DNA of 64,000 bases from Antedon mediterranea (Eukaryota; Animalia; Echinodermata): assembly GCF_964355755.1 (NCBI RefSeq), contig NC_092678.1, positions 9,732,352-9,796,351 of the forward strand, given 5' to 3'. The notes beneath the pieces were generated by a model. That model made no database searches. It was not told where the DNA came from and saw only the letters and a list, made by a program, of their open reading frames with translations. The translations under genes were made by a program, and so were the position numbers. This document shows positions 9,486 through 22,300 of this stretch, one piece after another. How positions within the stretch are numbered: position 1 is the stretch's first letter; the number at the start of each line of letters is the position of its first letter.

Positions 9486-12400
9486 GCTATTTTGTGCTCT
9501 TTGATGTTTTTGTATAACCAAGTTTTTTCGAAAATCACAAAATGGTCTAAAACGTCTCCAAATGCGATTTGAAGCTTTTCCAAGCACTTTGCTGTTTTTA
9601 TGTTAACAAGTTTTTTCGAAAATCACAAAATGGTCTAAAACGTCTCAAAATACGATATTAAGCTGTTTTGTGCACTTTGATGATTTGTGTGAAAAGTTTT
9701 AACGAAATGCTCAAAATGGTCTAAAACGGTTTCTAATGTGATTTTAAGCACTTTGATGTTTTTATGTTAACAAGTTTTTTCGAAAATCACAAAATGGTCT
9801 AAAACGTCTCCAAATGCGATTTGAAGATATTCTGAGCACTTTGGTGTTTTTATGTTAAAAAGTTTTTTCGAAAATCACAAAATGGTCTAAAACGTCTCCA
9901 AATGCGATTTGAAGCTATTCTGTACACTTTGATATTTTGTGTGAAAAAGTTTTGTCAAAATGCTCAAAATGGTCTAAAACGTTTTTAAAACGATATTAAG
10001 CTATTTTGTGCTCTTTGATGTTTTTGTATAACCAAGTTTTTTCGAAAATCACAAAATGGTCTAAAACGTCTCCAAATGCGATTTGAAGCTTTTCCAAGCA
10101 CTTTGCTGTTTTTATGTTAACAATTTTTTTCGAAAATCATAAAATAGTCTAAAACGTCTCCAAATGCGATTTGAAGCTATTCTGTACACTTTGATGTTTT
10201 GTGTGAAAAAGTTTTGTCGAAATGCTCAAAATGGTCTAAAACGTTTTTACAACGATATTAAGCTATTTTGTGCTCTTTGATGTTTTTGTGTAACCAAGTT
10301 TCATCGAAATGAACAAAATGGTCTAAAACGTCTCCAAATGCGATTTGAAGCTTTTCTAAGCACTTTGGTGTTTTTATGTTAACAAGTTTTTTCGAAAATC
10401 ACAAAATGGTCTAAAACGTCTCCAAATGCGATTTGAAGATATTCTGAGCACTTTGCTGTTTTTATGTTAACAAGTTTTTTCGAAAATCACAAAATGGTCT
10501 AAAACGTCACAAAATGCGATTTGAAGGTATTCTGAGCACTTTGGTGTTTTTGTGTGAAAAGTTTTAACGAAATGCTCAAAATGGTCTAAAACGGTTCTAA
10601 TGTGATTTTAAGCACTTTGATGTTTTTGTATAACCAAGTTTCATCGAAATGCACAAAATGGTCTAAAACGTCTCCAAATGCGATTTGAAGCTTTTCTAAG
10701 CACTTTGGTGTTTTTATGTTAACAAGTTTTTTCGAAAATCACAAAATGGTCTAAAACGTCTCCAAATGCGATTTGAATATATTCTGAGCACTTTGGTGTT
10801 TTTATGTTAAAAAAGTTTTTTCGAAAATCACAAAATGGTCTAAAACGTCTCCAAATGCGATTTGAAGCTATTCTGTACACTTTGATGTTTTGTGTGAAAA
10901 AAGTTTTGTCGAAATGCTCAAAATGGTCTAAAACGTTTTTAAAACGATATTAAGCTATTTTGTGCTTTTTGATGTTTTTGTGTAACCAAGTTTCATCGAA
11001 ATGAACAAAATGGTCTAAAACGTCTCCAAATGCGATTTGAAGCTTTTCCAAGCACTTTGCTGTTTTTATGTTAACAAGTTTTTTCGAAAATCACAAAATG
11101 GTCTAAAACGTCTCAAAATGCGATTTGAAGGTATTCTGAGCACTTTGGTGTTTTTGTGTGAAAAGTTTTAACGAAATGCTCAAAATGGTCTAAAACGGTT
11201 TCTAATGTGATTTTAAGCACTTTGATGTTTTTGTATAACCAAGTTTCATCGAAATGCACAAAATGGTCTAAAACGTCTCCAAATGCGATTTGAAGCTTTT
11301 CTAAGCACTTTGCTGTTTTTATGTTAACAAGTTTTTACGAAAATCACAAAATGGTCTAAAACGTCTCCAAATGCGATTTGAAGCTCTTCTGTACACTTTG
11401 ATGTTTTGTGTGAAAAAGTTTTGTCGAAATGCTCAAAATGGTCTAAAACCTTTTTAAATACGATATTAAGCTGTTTTGTGCACTTTGATGATTTGTGTGA
11501 AAAGTTTTAACGAAATGCTCAAAATGGTCTAAAACAGTTTCTAATGTGATTTTAAGCACTTTGATGTTTTTGTATAACCAAGTTTTTTCGGAAATCACAA
11601 AATGGTCTAAAACGTCTCCAAATGCGATTTGAAGCTTTTCTAAGCACTTTGCTGTTTTTATGTTAACAAGTTTTTTCGAAAATCACAAAATGGTCTAAAA
11701 TGTCTCCAAATGCGATTTGAAGCTCTTCTGTACACTTTGATGTTTTGTGTGAAAAAGTTTTGTCGAAATGCTCAAAATGGTCTAAAACCTTTTTAAATAC
11801 GATATTAAGCTGTTTTGTGCACTTTGATGATTTGTGTGAAAAGTTTTAACGAAATGTTCAAAATGGTCTAAAACGGTTTATAATGTGATTTTAAGCACTT
11901 TGATGTTTTTGTATAACCAAGTTTCATCGAAATGCACAAAATGGTCTAAAACGTCTCCAAATGCGATTTGAAGCTTTTCTAAGCACTTTGCTGTTTTTAT
12001 GTTAACAAGTTTTTTCGAAAATCACAAAATGGTCTAAAACGTCTCCAAATGCGATTTGAAGATATTCTGAGCAATTTGGTGTTTTTATGTTAAAAAGTTT
12101 TTTCGAAAATCACAAAATGGTCTAAAACGTCTCCAAATGCGATTTGAAGCTCTTCTGTACACTTTGATGTTTTGTGTGAACAAGTTTTGTCGAAATGCTC
12201 AAAATGGTCTAAAACGTTTTTAAATACGATATTAAGCTGTTTTGTGCACTTTGATGATTTGTGTGAAAAGTTTTAACGAAATGCTCAAAATGGTCAAAAA
12301 CGGTTTCTAATGTGATTTTAAGCACTTTGATGTTTTTGTGTAACCAAGTTTTTTCGAAAATCACAAAATGGTCTAAAACGTCTCCAAATGCGATTTGAAG

Positions 12401-15400
12401 CTTTTCTAAGCACTTTGGTGTTTTTATGTTAACAAGTTTTTTCGAAAATCACAAAATGGTCTAAAACGTCTCCAAATGCGATTTGAAGATATTCTGAGAA
12501 CTTTGGTGTTTTTATGTTAAAAAGTTTTTTCGAAAATCACAAAATGGTCTAAAACGTCTCCAAATGCGATTTGAAGCTATTCTGTACACTTTGATGTTTT
12601 ATGTGAAAAAAGTTTTGTCGAAATGCTCAAAATGGTCTAAAACGTTTTTAAAACGATATTAAGCTATTTTGTGCTCTTTGATGTTTTTGTGTAACCAAGT
12701 TTCATCGAAATGAACAAAATGGTCTAAAATGGTTTATAATGTGATTTTAAGCACTTTGATGTTTTTGTATAACCAAGTTTCATCGAAATGCACAAAATGG
12801 TCTAAAACGTCTCCAAATGCGATTTGAAGCTTTTCTAAGCACTTTGCTGTTTTTATGTTAACAAGTTTTTTCGAAAATCACAAAATGGTCTAAAACGTCT
12901 CCAAATGCGATTTGAAGATATTCTGAGCACTTTGGTGTTTTTATGTTAAAAAGTTTTTTCGAAAATCACAAAATGGTCTAAAACGTCTCCAAATGCGATT
13001 TGAAGCTCTTCTGTACACTTTGATGTTTTGTGTGAACAAGTTTTGTCGAAATGCTCAAAAGAGTCTAAAACGTTTTTAAATACGATATTAAGCTGTTTTG
13101 TGCACTTTGATGATTTGTGTGAAAAGTTTTAACGAAATGCTCAAAATGGTCAAAAACGGTTTCTAATGTGATTTTAAGCACTTTGATGTTTTTGTGTAAC
13201 CAAGTTTTTTCGAAAATCACAAAATGGTCTAAAACGTCTCCAAATGCGATTTGAAGCTTTTCTAAGCACTTTGGTGTTTTTATGTTAACAAGTTTTTTCG
13301 AAAATCACAAAATGGTCTAAAACGTCTCCAAATGCGATTTGAATATATTCTGAGCACTTTGGTGTTTTTATGTTAAAAAAGTTTTTTCGAAAATCACAAA
13401 ATGGTCTAAAACGTCTCCAAATGCGATTTGAAGCTATTCTGTACACTTTGATGTTTTGTGTGAAAAAAGTTTTGTCGAAATGCTCAAAATGGTCTAAAAC
13501 GTTTTTAAAACGATATTAAGCTATTTTGTGCTCTTTGATGTTTTTGTGTAACCAAGTTTCATCGAAATGAACAAAATGGTCTAAAACGTCTCCAAATGCG
13601 ATTTGAAGCTTTTCCAAGCACTTTGCTGTTTTTATGTTAACAAGTTTTTTCGAAAATCACAAAATGGTCTAAAACGTCTCAAAATGCGATTTGAAGGTAT
13701 TCTGAGCACTTTGGTGTTTTTGTGTGAAAAGTTTTAACGAAATGCTCAAAATGATCTAAAACGGTTTCTAATGTGATTTTAAGCACTTTGATGTTTTTTT
13801 ATAACCAAGTTTCATCGAAATGCACAAAATGGTCTAAAACGTCTCCAAATGCGATTTGAAGCTTTTCTAAGCACTTTGCTGTTTTTATGTTAACAAGTTT
13901 TTTCGAAAATCACAAAATGGTCTAAAATGTCTCCAAATGCGATTTGAAGCTCTTCTGTACACTTTGATGTTTTGTGTGAAAAAGTTTTGTCGAAATGCTC
14001 AAAATGGTCTAAAACCTTTTTAAATACGATATTAAGCTGTTTTGTGCACTTTGATGATTTGTGTGAAAAGTTTTAACGAAATGTTCAAAATGGTCTAAAA
14101 CGGTTTATAATGTGATTTTAAGCACTTTGATGTTTTTGTATAACCAAGTTTCATCGAAATGCACAAAATGGTCTAAAACGTCTCCAAATGCGATTTGAAG
14201 CTTTTCTAAGCACTTTGCTGTTTTTATGTTAACAAGTTTTTTCGAAAATCACAAAATGGTCTAAAACGTCTCCAAATGCGATTTGAAGATATTCTGAGCA
14301 CTTTGGTGTTTTTATGTTAAAAAGTTTTTTCGAAAATCACAAAATGGTCTAAAACGTCTCCAAATGCGATTTGAAGCTCTTCTGTACACTTTGATGTTTT
14401 GTGTGAACAAGTTTTGTCGAAATGCTCAAAATGGTCTAAAACGTTTTTAAATACGATATTAAGCTGTTTTGTGCACTTTGATGATTTGTGTGAAAAGTTT
14501 TAACGAAATGCTCAAAATGGTCAAAAACGGTTTCTAATGTGATTTTAAGCACTTTGATGTTTTTGTGTAACCAAGTTTTTTCGAAAATCACAAAATGGTC
14601 TAAAACGTCTCCAAATGCGATTTGAAGCTTTTCTAAGCACTTTGGTGTTTTTATGTTAACAAGTTTTTTCGAAAATCACAAAATGGTCTAAAACGTCTCC
14701 AAATGCGATTTGAAGATATTCTGAGAACTTTGGTGTTTTTATGTTAAAAAGTTTTTTCGAAAATCACAAAATGGTCTAAAACGTCTCCAAATGCGATTTG
14801 AAGCTATTCTGTACACTTTGATGTTTTATGTGAAAAAAGTTTTGTCGAAATGCTCAAAATGGTCTAAAACGTTTTTAAAACGATATTAAGCTATTTTGTG
14901 CTCTTTGATGTTTTTGTGTAACCAAGTTTCATCGAAATGAACAAAATGGTCTAAAACGTCTCCAAATGCTATTTGAAGCTTTTCCAAGCACTTTGCTGTT
15001 TTTATGTTAACAAGTTTTTTCGAAAATCACAAAATGGTCTAAAACGTCTCAAAATGCGATTTGAAGGTATTCTGAGCACTTTGGTGTTTTTGGGTGAAAA
15101 GTTTTAACGAAATGCTCAAAATGGTCTAAAACGGTTTCTAATGTGATTTTAAGCACTTTGATGTTTTTGTATAACCAAGTTTCATCGAAATGCACAAAAT
15201 GGTCTAAAACGTCTCCAAATGCGATTTGAAGCTTTTCTAAGCACTTTGCTGTTTTTATGTTAACAAGTTTTTTCGAAAATCACAAAATGGTCTAAAACGT
15301 CTCCAAATGCGATTTGAAGATATTCTGAGCACTTTGGTGTTTTTATGTTAAAAAGTTTTTTCGAAAATTACAAAATGGTCTAAAATGTCTCCAAATGCGA

Positions 15401-16329
15401 TTTGAAGCTCTTCTGTACACTTTGATGTTTTGTGTGAAAAAGTTTTGTCGAAATGCTCAAAATGGTCTAAAACGTTTTTAAATACGATATTAAGTTGTCT
15501 TGTGCACTTTGATGATTTGTGTGAAAAGTTTTAACGAAATGCTCAAAATGGTCAAAAACGGTTTCTAATGTGATTTTAAGCACTTTGATGTTTTTGTGTA
15601 ACCAAGTTTTTTCGAAAATCACAAAATGGTCTAAAACGTCTCCAAATGCGATTTGAAGATATTCTGAGCACTTTGGTGTTTTTATGTTAAAAAGTTTTTT
15701 CGAAAATCACAAAATGGTCTAAAACGTCTCCAAATGCGATTTGAAGCTATTCTGTACACTTTGATGTTTTGTGTGAAAAAGTTTTGTCGAAATGCTCAAA
15801 ATGGTCTAAAACGTTTTTAAAACGATATTAAGCTATTTTGTGCTCTTTGATGTTTTTGTGTAACCAAGTTTCATCGAAATGCACAAAATGGTCTAAAACG
15901 TCTCCAAATGCGATTTGAAGCTTTTCTAAGCACTTTGCTGTTTTTATGTTAACAAGTTTTTTCGAAAATCACAAAATGGTCTAAAACGTCTCCAAATGCG
16001 ATTTGAAGATATTCTGAGCACTTTGGTGTTTTTATGTTAAAAAGTTTTTTCGAAAATCACAAAATGGTCTAAAACGTCTCAAAATGCGATTTGAAGCTCT
16101 TCTGTACACTTTGATGTTTTGTGTGAACAAGTTTTGTCGAAATGCTCAAAATGGTCTAAAACGTTTTTAAATACGATATTAAGCTGTTTTGTGCACTTTG
16201 GTGTTTTTGTGTGAAAAGTTTTAACGAAATGCTCAAAATGGTCTAAAACGGTTCTAATGTGATTTTAAGCACTTTGATGTTTTTGTATAACCAAGTTTCA
16301 TCGAAATGCTCAAAATGGTCTAAAACGTT

Positions 16330-19300
16330 TTAAAACGATATTAAGCTATTTTGTGCTCTTTGATGTTTTTGTGTAACCAAGTTTCATCGAAATGAACAAA
16401 ATGGTCTAAAACGTCTCCAAATGCGATTTGAAGCTTTTCTAAGCACTTTGGTGTTTTTATGTTAACAAGTTTTTTCGAAAATCACAAAATGGTCTAAAAC
16501 GTCTCAAAATGCGATTGAAGGTATTCTGAGCACTTTGGTGTTTTTGTGTGAAAAGTTTTAACAAAATGCTCAAAATGGTCTAAAACGGTTCTAATGTGAT
16601 TTTAAGCACTTTGATGTTTTTGTATAACCAAGTTTCATCGAAATGCTCAAAATGGTCTAAAACGTTTTTAAAACGATATTAAGCTATTTTGTGCTCTTTG
16701 ATGTTTTTGTGTAACCAAGTTTCATCGAAATGAACAAAATGGTCTAAAACGTCTCCAAATGCGATTTGAAGCTTTTCTAAGCACTTTGGTGTTTTTATGT
16801 TAACAAGTTTTTTCGAAAATCACAAAATGGTCTAAAACGTCTCAAAATGCGATTGAAGGTATTCTGAGCACTTTGGTGTTTTTGTGTGAAAAGTTTTAAC
16901 GAAATGCTCAAAATGGTCTAAAACGGTTCTAATGTGATTTTAAGCACTTTGATGTTTTTGTATAACCAAGTTTCATCGAAATGCTCAAAATGGTCTAAAA
17001 CGTTTTTAAAACGATATTAAGCTATTTTGTGCTCTTTGATGTTTTTGTGTAACCAAGTTTTTTCGAAAATCACAAAATGGTCTAAAACGTCTCCAAATGC
17101 GATTTGAAGGTATTCTGAGCACTTTGGTGTTTTTGTGTGAAAAGTTTTAACGAAATGCTCAAAATGGTCTAAAACGGTTTCTAATGTGATTTTAACCACT
17201 TTGATGTTTATGTTAAAAAAGTTTTTTCGAAAATCACAAAATGGTCTAAAACGTCTCCAAATGCGATTTGAAGCTATTCTGTACACTTTGATGTTTTGTG
17301 TGAAAAAAGTTTTGTCGAAATGCTCAAAATGGTCTAAAACGTTTTTAAAACGATATTAAGCTATTTTGTGCTCTTTGATGTTTTTGTGTAACCAAGTTTC
17401 ATCGAAATGAACAAAATGGTCTAAAACGTCTCCAAATGCGATTTGAAGCTTTTCCAAGCACTTTGCTGTTTTTATGTTAACAATTTTTTTCGAAAATCAC
17501 AAAATGGTCTAAAACGTCTCAAAATGCGATTTGAAGGTATTCTGAGCACTTTGGTGTTTTTGTGTGAAAAGTTTTAACGAAATGCTCAAAATGGTCTAAA
17601 ACGGTTTCTAATGTGATTTTAAGCACTTTGATGTTTTTGTATAACCAAGTTTCATCGAAATGCACAAAATGGTCTAAAACGTCTCCAAATGCGATTTGAA
17701 GCTTTTCTAAGCACTTTGCTGTTTTTATGCTAACAAGTTTTTTCGAAAATCACAAAATGGTCTAAAACGTCTCCAAATGCGATTTGAAGCTCTTCTGTAC
17801 ACTTTGATGTTTTGTGTGAAAAAGTTTTGTCGAAATGCTCAAAATGGTCTAAAACCTTTTTAAATACGATATTAAGCTGTTTTGTGCACTTTGATGATTT
17901 GTGTGAAAAGTTTTAACGAAATGCTCAAAATGCTCTAAAACGGTTTCTAATGTGATTTTAAGCACTTTGATGTTTTTGTATAACCAAGTTTCATCGAAAT
18001 GCACAAAATGGTCTAAAACGTCTCCAAATGCGATTTGAAGCTTTTCTAAGCACTTTGCTGTTTTTATGTTAACAAGTTTTTTCGAAAATCACAAAATGGT
18101 CTAAAACGTCTCCAAATGCGATTTGAAGATATTCTGAGCACTTTGGTGTTTTTATGTTAAAAAGTTTTTTCGAACATCACAAAATGGTCTAAAACGTCTC
18201 CAAATGCGATTTGAAGCTCTTCTGTACACTTTGATGTTTTGTGTGAACAAGTTTTGTCGAAATGCTCAAAATGGTCTAAAACGTTTTTAAATACGATATT
18301 AAGCTGTTTTGTGCACTTTGATGATTTGTGTGAAAAGTTTTAACGAAATGCTCAAAATGGTCAAAAACGGTTTCTAATGTGATTTTAAGCACTTTGATGT
18401 TTTTGTGTAACCAAGTTTTTTCGAAAATCACAAAATGGTCTAAAACGTCTCCAAAGGCGATTTGAAGCTTTTCTAAGCACTTTGGTGTTTTTATGTTAAC
18501 AAGTTTTTTCGAAAATCACAAAATGGTCTAAAACGTCTCCAAATGCGATTTGAATATATTCTGAGCACTTTGGTGTTTTTATGTTAAAAAAGTTTTTTCG
18601 AAAATCACAAAATGGTCTAAAACGTCTCCAAATGCGATTTGAAGCTATTCTGTACACTTTGATGTTTTGTGTGAAAAAAGTTTTGTCGAAATGCTTAAAA
18701 TGGTCTAAAACGTTTTTAAAACGATATTAAGCTATTTTGTGCTCTTTGATGTTTTTGTGTAACCAAGTTTCATCGAAATGAACAAAATGGTCTAAAACGT
18801 CTCCAAATGCGATTTGAAGCTTTTCTAAGCACTTTGGTGTTTTTATGTTAACAAGTTTTTTCGAAAATCACAAAATGGTCTAAAACGTCTCAAAATGCGA
18901 TTGAAGGTATTCTGAGCACTTTGGTGTTTTTGTGTGAAAAGTTTTAACAAAATGCTCAAAATGGTCTAAAACGGTTCTAATGTGATTTTAAGCACTTTGA
19001 TGTTTTTGTATAACCAAGTTTCATCGAAATGCTCAAAATGGTCTAAAACGTTTTTAAAACGATATTAAGCTATTTTGTGCTCTTTGATGTTTTTGTGTAA
19101 CCAAGTTTCATCGAAATGAACAAAATGGTCTAAAACGTCTCCAAATGCGATTTGAAGCTTTTCTAAGCACTTTGGTGTTTTTATGTTAACAAGTTTTTTC
19201 GAAAATCACAAAATGGTCTAAAACGTCTCAAAATGCGATTGAAGGTATTCTGAGCACTTTGGTGTTTTTGTGTGAAAAGTTTTAACGAAATGCTCAAAAT

Positions 19301-22300
19301 GGTCTAAAACGGTTCTAATGTGATTTTAAGCACTTTGATGTTTTTGTATAACCAAGTTTCATCGAAATGCTCAAAATGGTCTAAAACGTTTTTAAAACGA
19401 TATTAAGCTATTTTGTGCTCTTTGATGTTTTTGTGTAACCAAGTTTTTTCGAAAATCACAAAATGGTCTAAAACGTCTCCAAATGCGATTTGAAGGTATT
19501 CTGAGCACTTTGGTGTTTTTGTGTGAAAAGTTTTAACGAAATGCTCAAAATGGTCTAAAACGGTTTCTAATGTGATTTTAACCACTTTGATGTTTATGTT
19601 AAAAAAGTTTTTTCGAAAATCACAAAATGGTCTAAAACGTCTCCAAATGCGATTTGAAGCTATTCTGTACACTTTGATGTTTTGTGTGAAAAAAGTTTTG
19701 TCGAAATGCTCAAAATGGTCTAAAACGTTTTTAAAACGATATTAAGCTATTTTGTGCTCTTTGATGTTTTTGTGTAACCAAGTTTCATCGAAATGAACAA
19801 AATGGTCTAAAACGTCTCCAAATGCGATTTGAAGCTTTTCCAAGCACTTTGCTGTTTTTATGTTAACAATTTTTTTCGAAAATCACAAAATGGTCTAAAA
19901 CGTCTCAAAATGCGATTTGAAGGTATTCTGAGCACTTTGGTGTTTTTGTGTGAAAAGTTTTAACGAAAAGCTCAAAATGGTCTAAAACGGTTTCTAATGT
20001 GATTTTAAGCACTTTGATGTTTTTGTATAACCAAGTTTCATCGAAATGCACAAAATGGTCTAAAACGTCTCCAAATGCGATTTGAAGCTTTTCTAAGCAC
20101 TTTGCTGTTTTTATGCTAACAAGTTTTTTCGAAAATCACAAAATGGTCTAAAACGTCTCCAAATGCGATTTGAAGCTCTTCTGTACACTTTGATGTTTTG
20201 TGTGAAAAAGTTTTGTCGAAATGCTCAAAATGGTCTAAAACCTTTTTAAATACGATATTAAGCTGTTTTGTGCACTTTGATGATTTGTGTGAAAAGTTTT
20301 AACGAAATGCTCAAAATGCTCTAAAACGGTTTCTAATGTGATTTTAAGCACTTTGATGTTTTTGTATAACCAAGTTTCATCGAAATGCACAAAATGGTCT
20401 AAAACGTCTCCAAATGCGATTTGAAGCTTTTCTAAGCACTTTGCTGTTTTTATGTTAACAAGTTTTTTCGAAAATCACAAAATGGTCTAAAACGTCTCCA
20501 AATGCGATTTGAAGATATTCTGAGCACTTTGGTGTTTTTATGTTAAAAAGTTTTTTCGAACATCACAAAATGGTCTAAAACGTCTCCAAATGCGATTTGA
20601 AGCTCTTCTGTACACTTTGATGTTTTGTGTGAACAAGTTTTGTCGAAATGCTCAAAATGGTCTAAAACGTTTTTAAATACGATATTAAGCTGTTTTGTGC
20701 ACTTTGATGATTTGTGTGAAAAGTTTTAACAAAATGCTCAAAATGGTCAAAAACGGTTTCTAATGTGATTTTAAGCACTTTGATGTTTTTGTGTAACCAA
20801 GTTTTTTCGAAAATCACAAAATGGTCTAAAACGTCTCCAAAGGCGATTTGAAGCTTTTCTAAGCACTTTGGTGTTTTTATGTTAACAAGTTTTTTCGAAA
20901 ATCACAAAATGGTCTAAAACGTCTCCAAATGCGATTTGAATATATTCTGAGCACTTTGGTGTTTTTATGTTAAAAAAGTTTTTTCGGAAATCACAAAATG
21001 GTCTAAAACGTCTCCAAATGCGATTTGAAGCTATTCTGTACACTTTGATGTTTTGTGTGAAAAAAGTTTTGTCGAAATGCTCAAAATGGTCTAAAACGTT
21101 TTTAAAACGATATTAAGCTATTTTGTGCTCTTTGATGTTTTTGTGTAACCAAGTTTCATCGAAATGAACAAAATGGTCTAAAACGTCTCCAAATGCGATT
21201 TGAAGCTTTTCCAAGCACTTTGCTGTTTTTATGTTAACAAGTTTTTTCGAAAATCACAAAATGGTCTAAAACGTCTCAAAATGCGATTTGAAGGTATTCT
21301 GAGCACTTTGGTGTTTTTGTGTGAAAAGTTTTAACGAAATGCTCAAAATGGTCTAAATCGGTTTCTAATGTGATTTTAAGCACTTTGATGTTTTTGTATA
21401 ACCAAGTTTCATCGAAATGCACAAAATGGTCTAAAACGTCTCCAAATGCGATTTGAAGCTTTTCTAAGCACTTTGCTGTTTTTATGTTAACAAGTTTTTT
21501 CGAAAATCACAAAATGGTCTAAAACGTCTCCAAATGCGATTTGAAGCTCTTCTGTACACTTTGATGTTTTGTGTGAAAAAGTTTTGTCGAAATGCTCAAA
21601 ATGGTCTAAAACCTTTTTAAATACGATATTAAGCTGTTTTGTGCACTTTGATGATTTGTGTGAAAAGTTTTAACGAAATGCTCAAAATGGTCTAAAACGG
21701 TTTCTAATGGGATTTTAAGCACTTTGATGTTTTTGTATAACCAAGTTTCATCGAAATGCACAAAATGGTCTAAAACGTCTCCAAATGCGATTTGAAGCTT
21801 TTCTAAGCACTTTGCTGTTTTTATGTTAATAAGTTTTTTCGAAAATCACAAAATGGTCTAAAACGTCTCCAAATGCGATTTGAAGATATTCTGAGCACTT
21901 TGGTGTTTTTATGTTAAAAAGTTTTTTCGAAAATCACAAAATGGTCTAAAACGTCTCCAAATGCGATTTGAAGCTCTTCTGTACACTTTGATGTTTTGTG
22001 TGAACAAGTTTTGTCGAAATGCTCAAAATGGTCTAAAACGTTTTTAAATACGATATTAAGCTGTTTTGTGCACTTTGATGATTTGTGTGAAAAGTTTTAA
22101 CGAAATGCTCAAAATGGTCAAAAACGGTTTCTAATGTGATTTTAAGCACTTTGATGTTTTTGTGTAACCAAGTTTTTTTGAAAATCACAAAATGGTCTAA
22201 AACGTCTCCAAATGCGATTTGAAGCTTTTCTAAGCACTTTGGTGTTTTTATGTTAACAAGTTTTTTCGAAAATCACAAAATGGTCTAAAACGTCTCCAAA

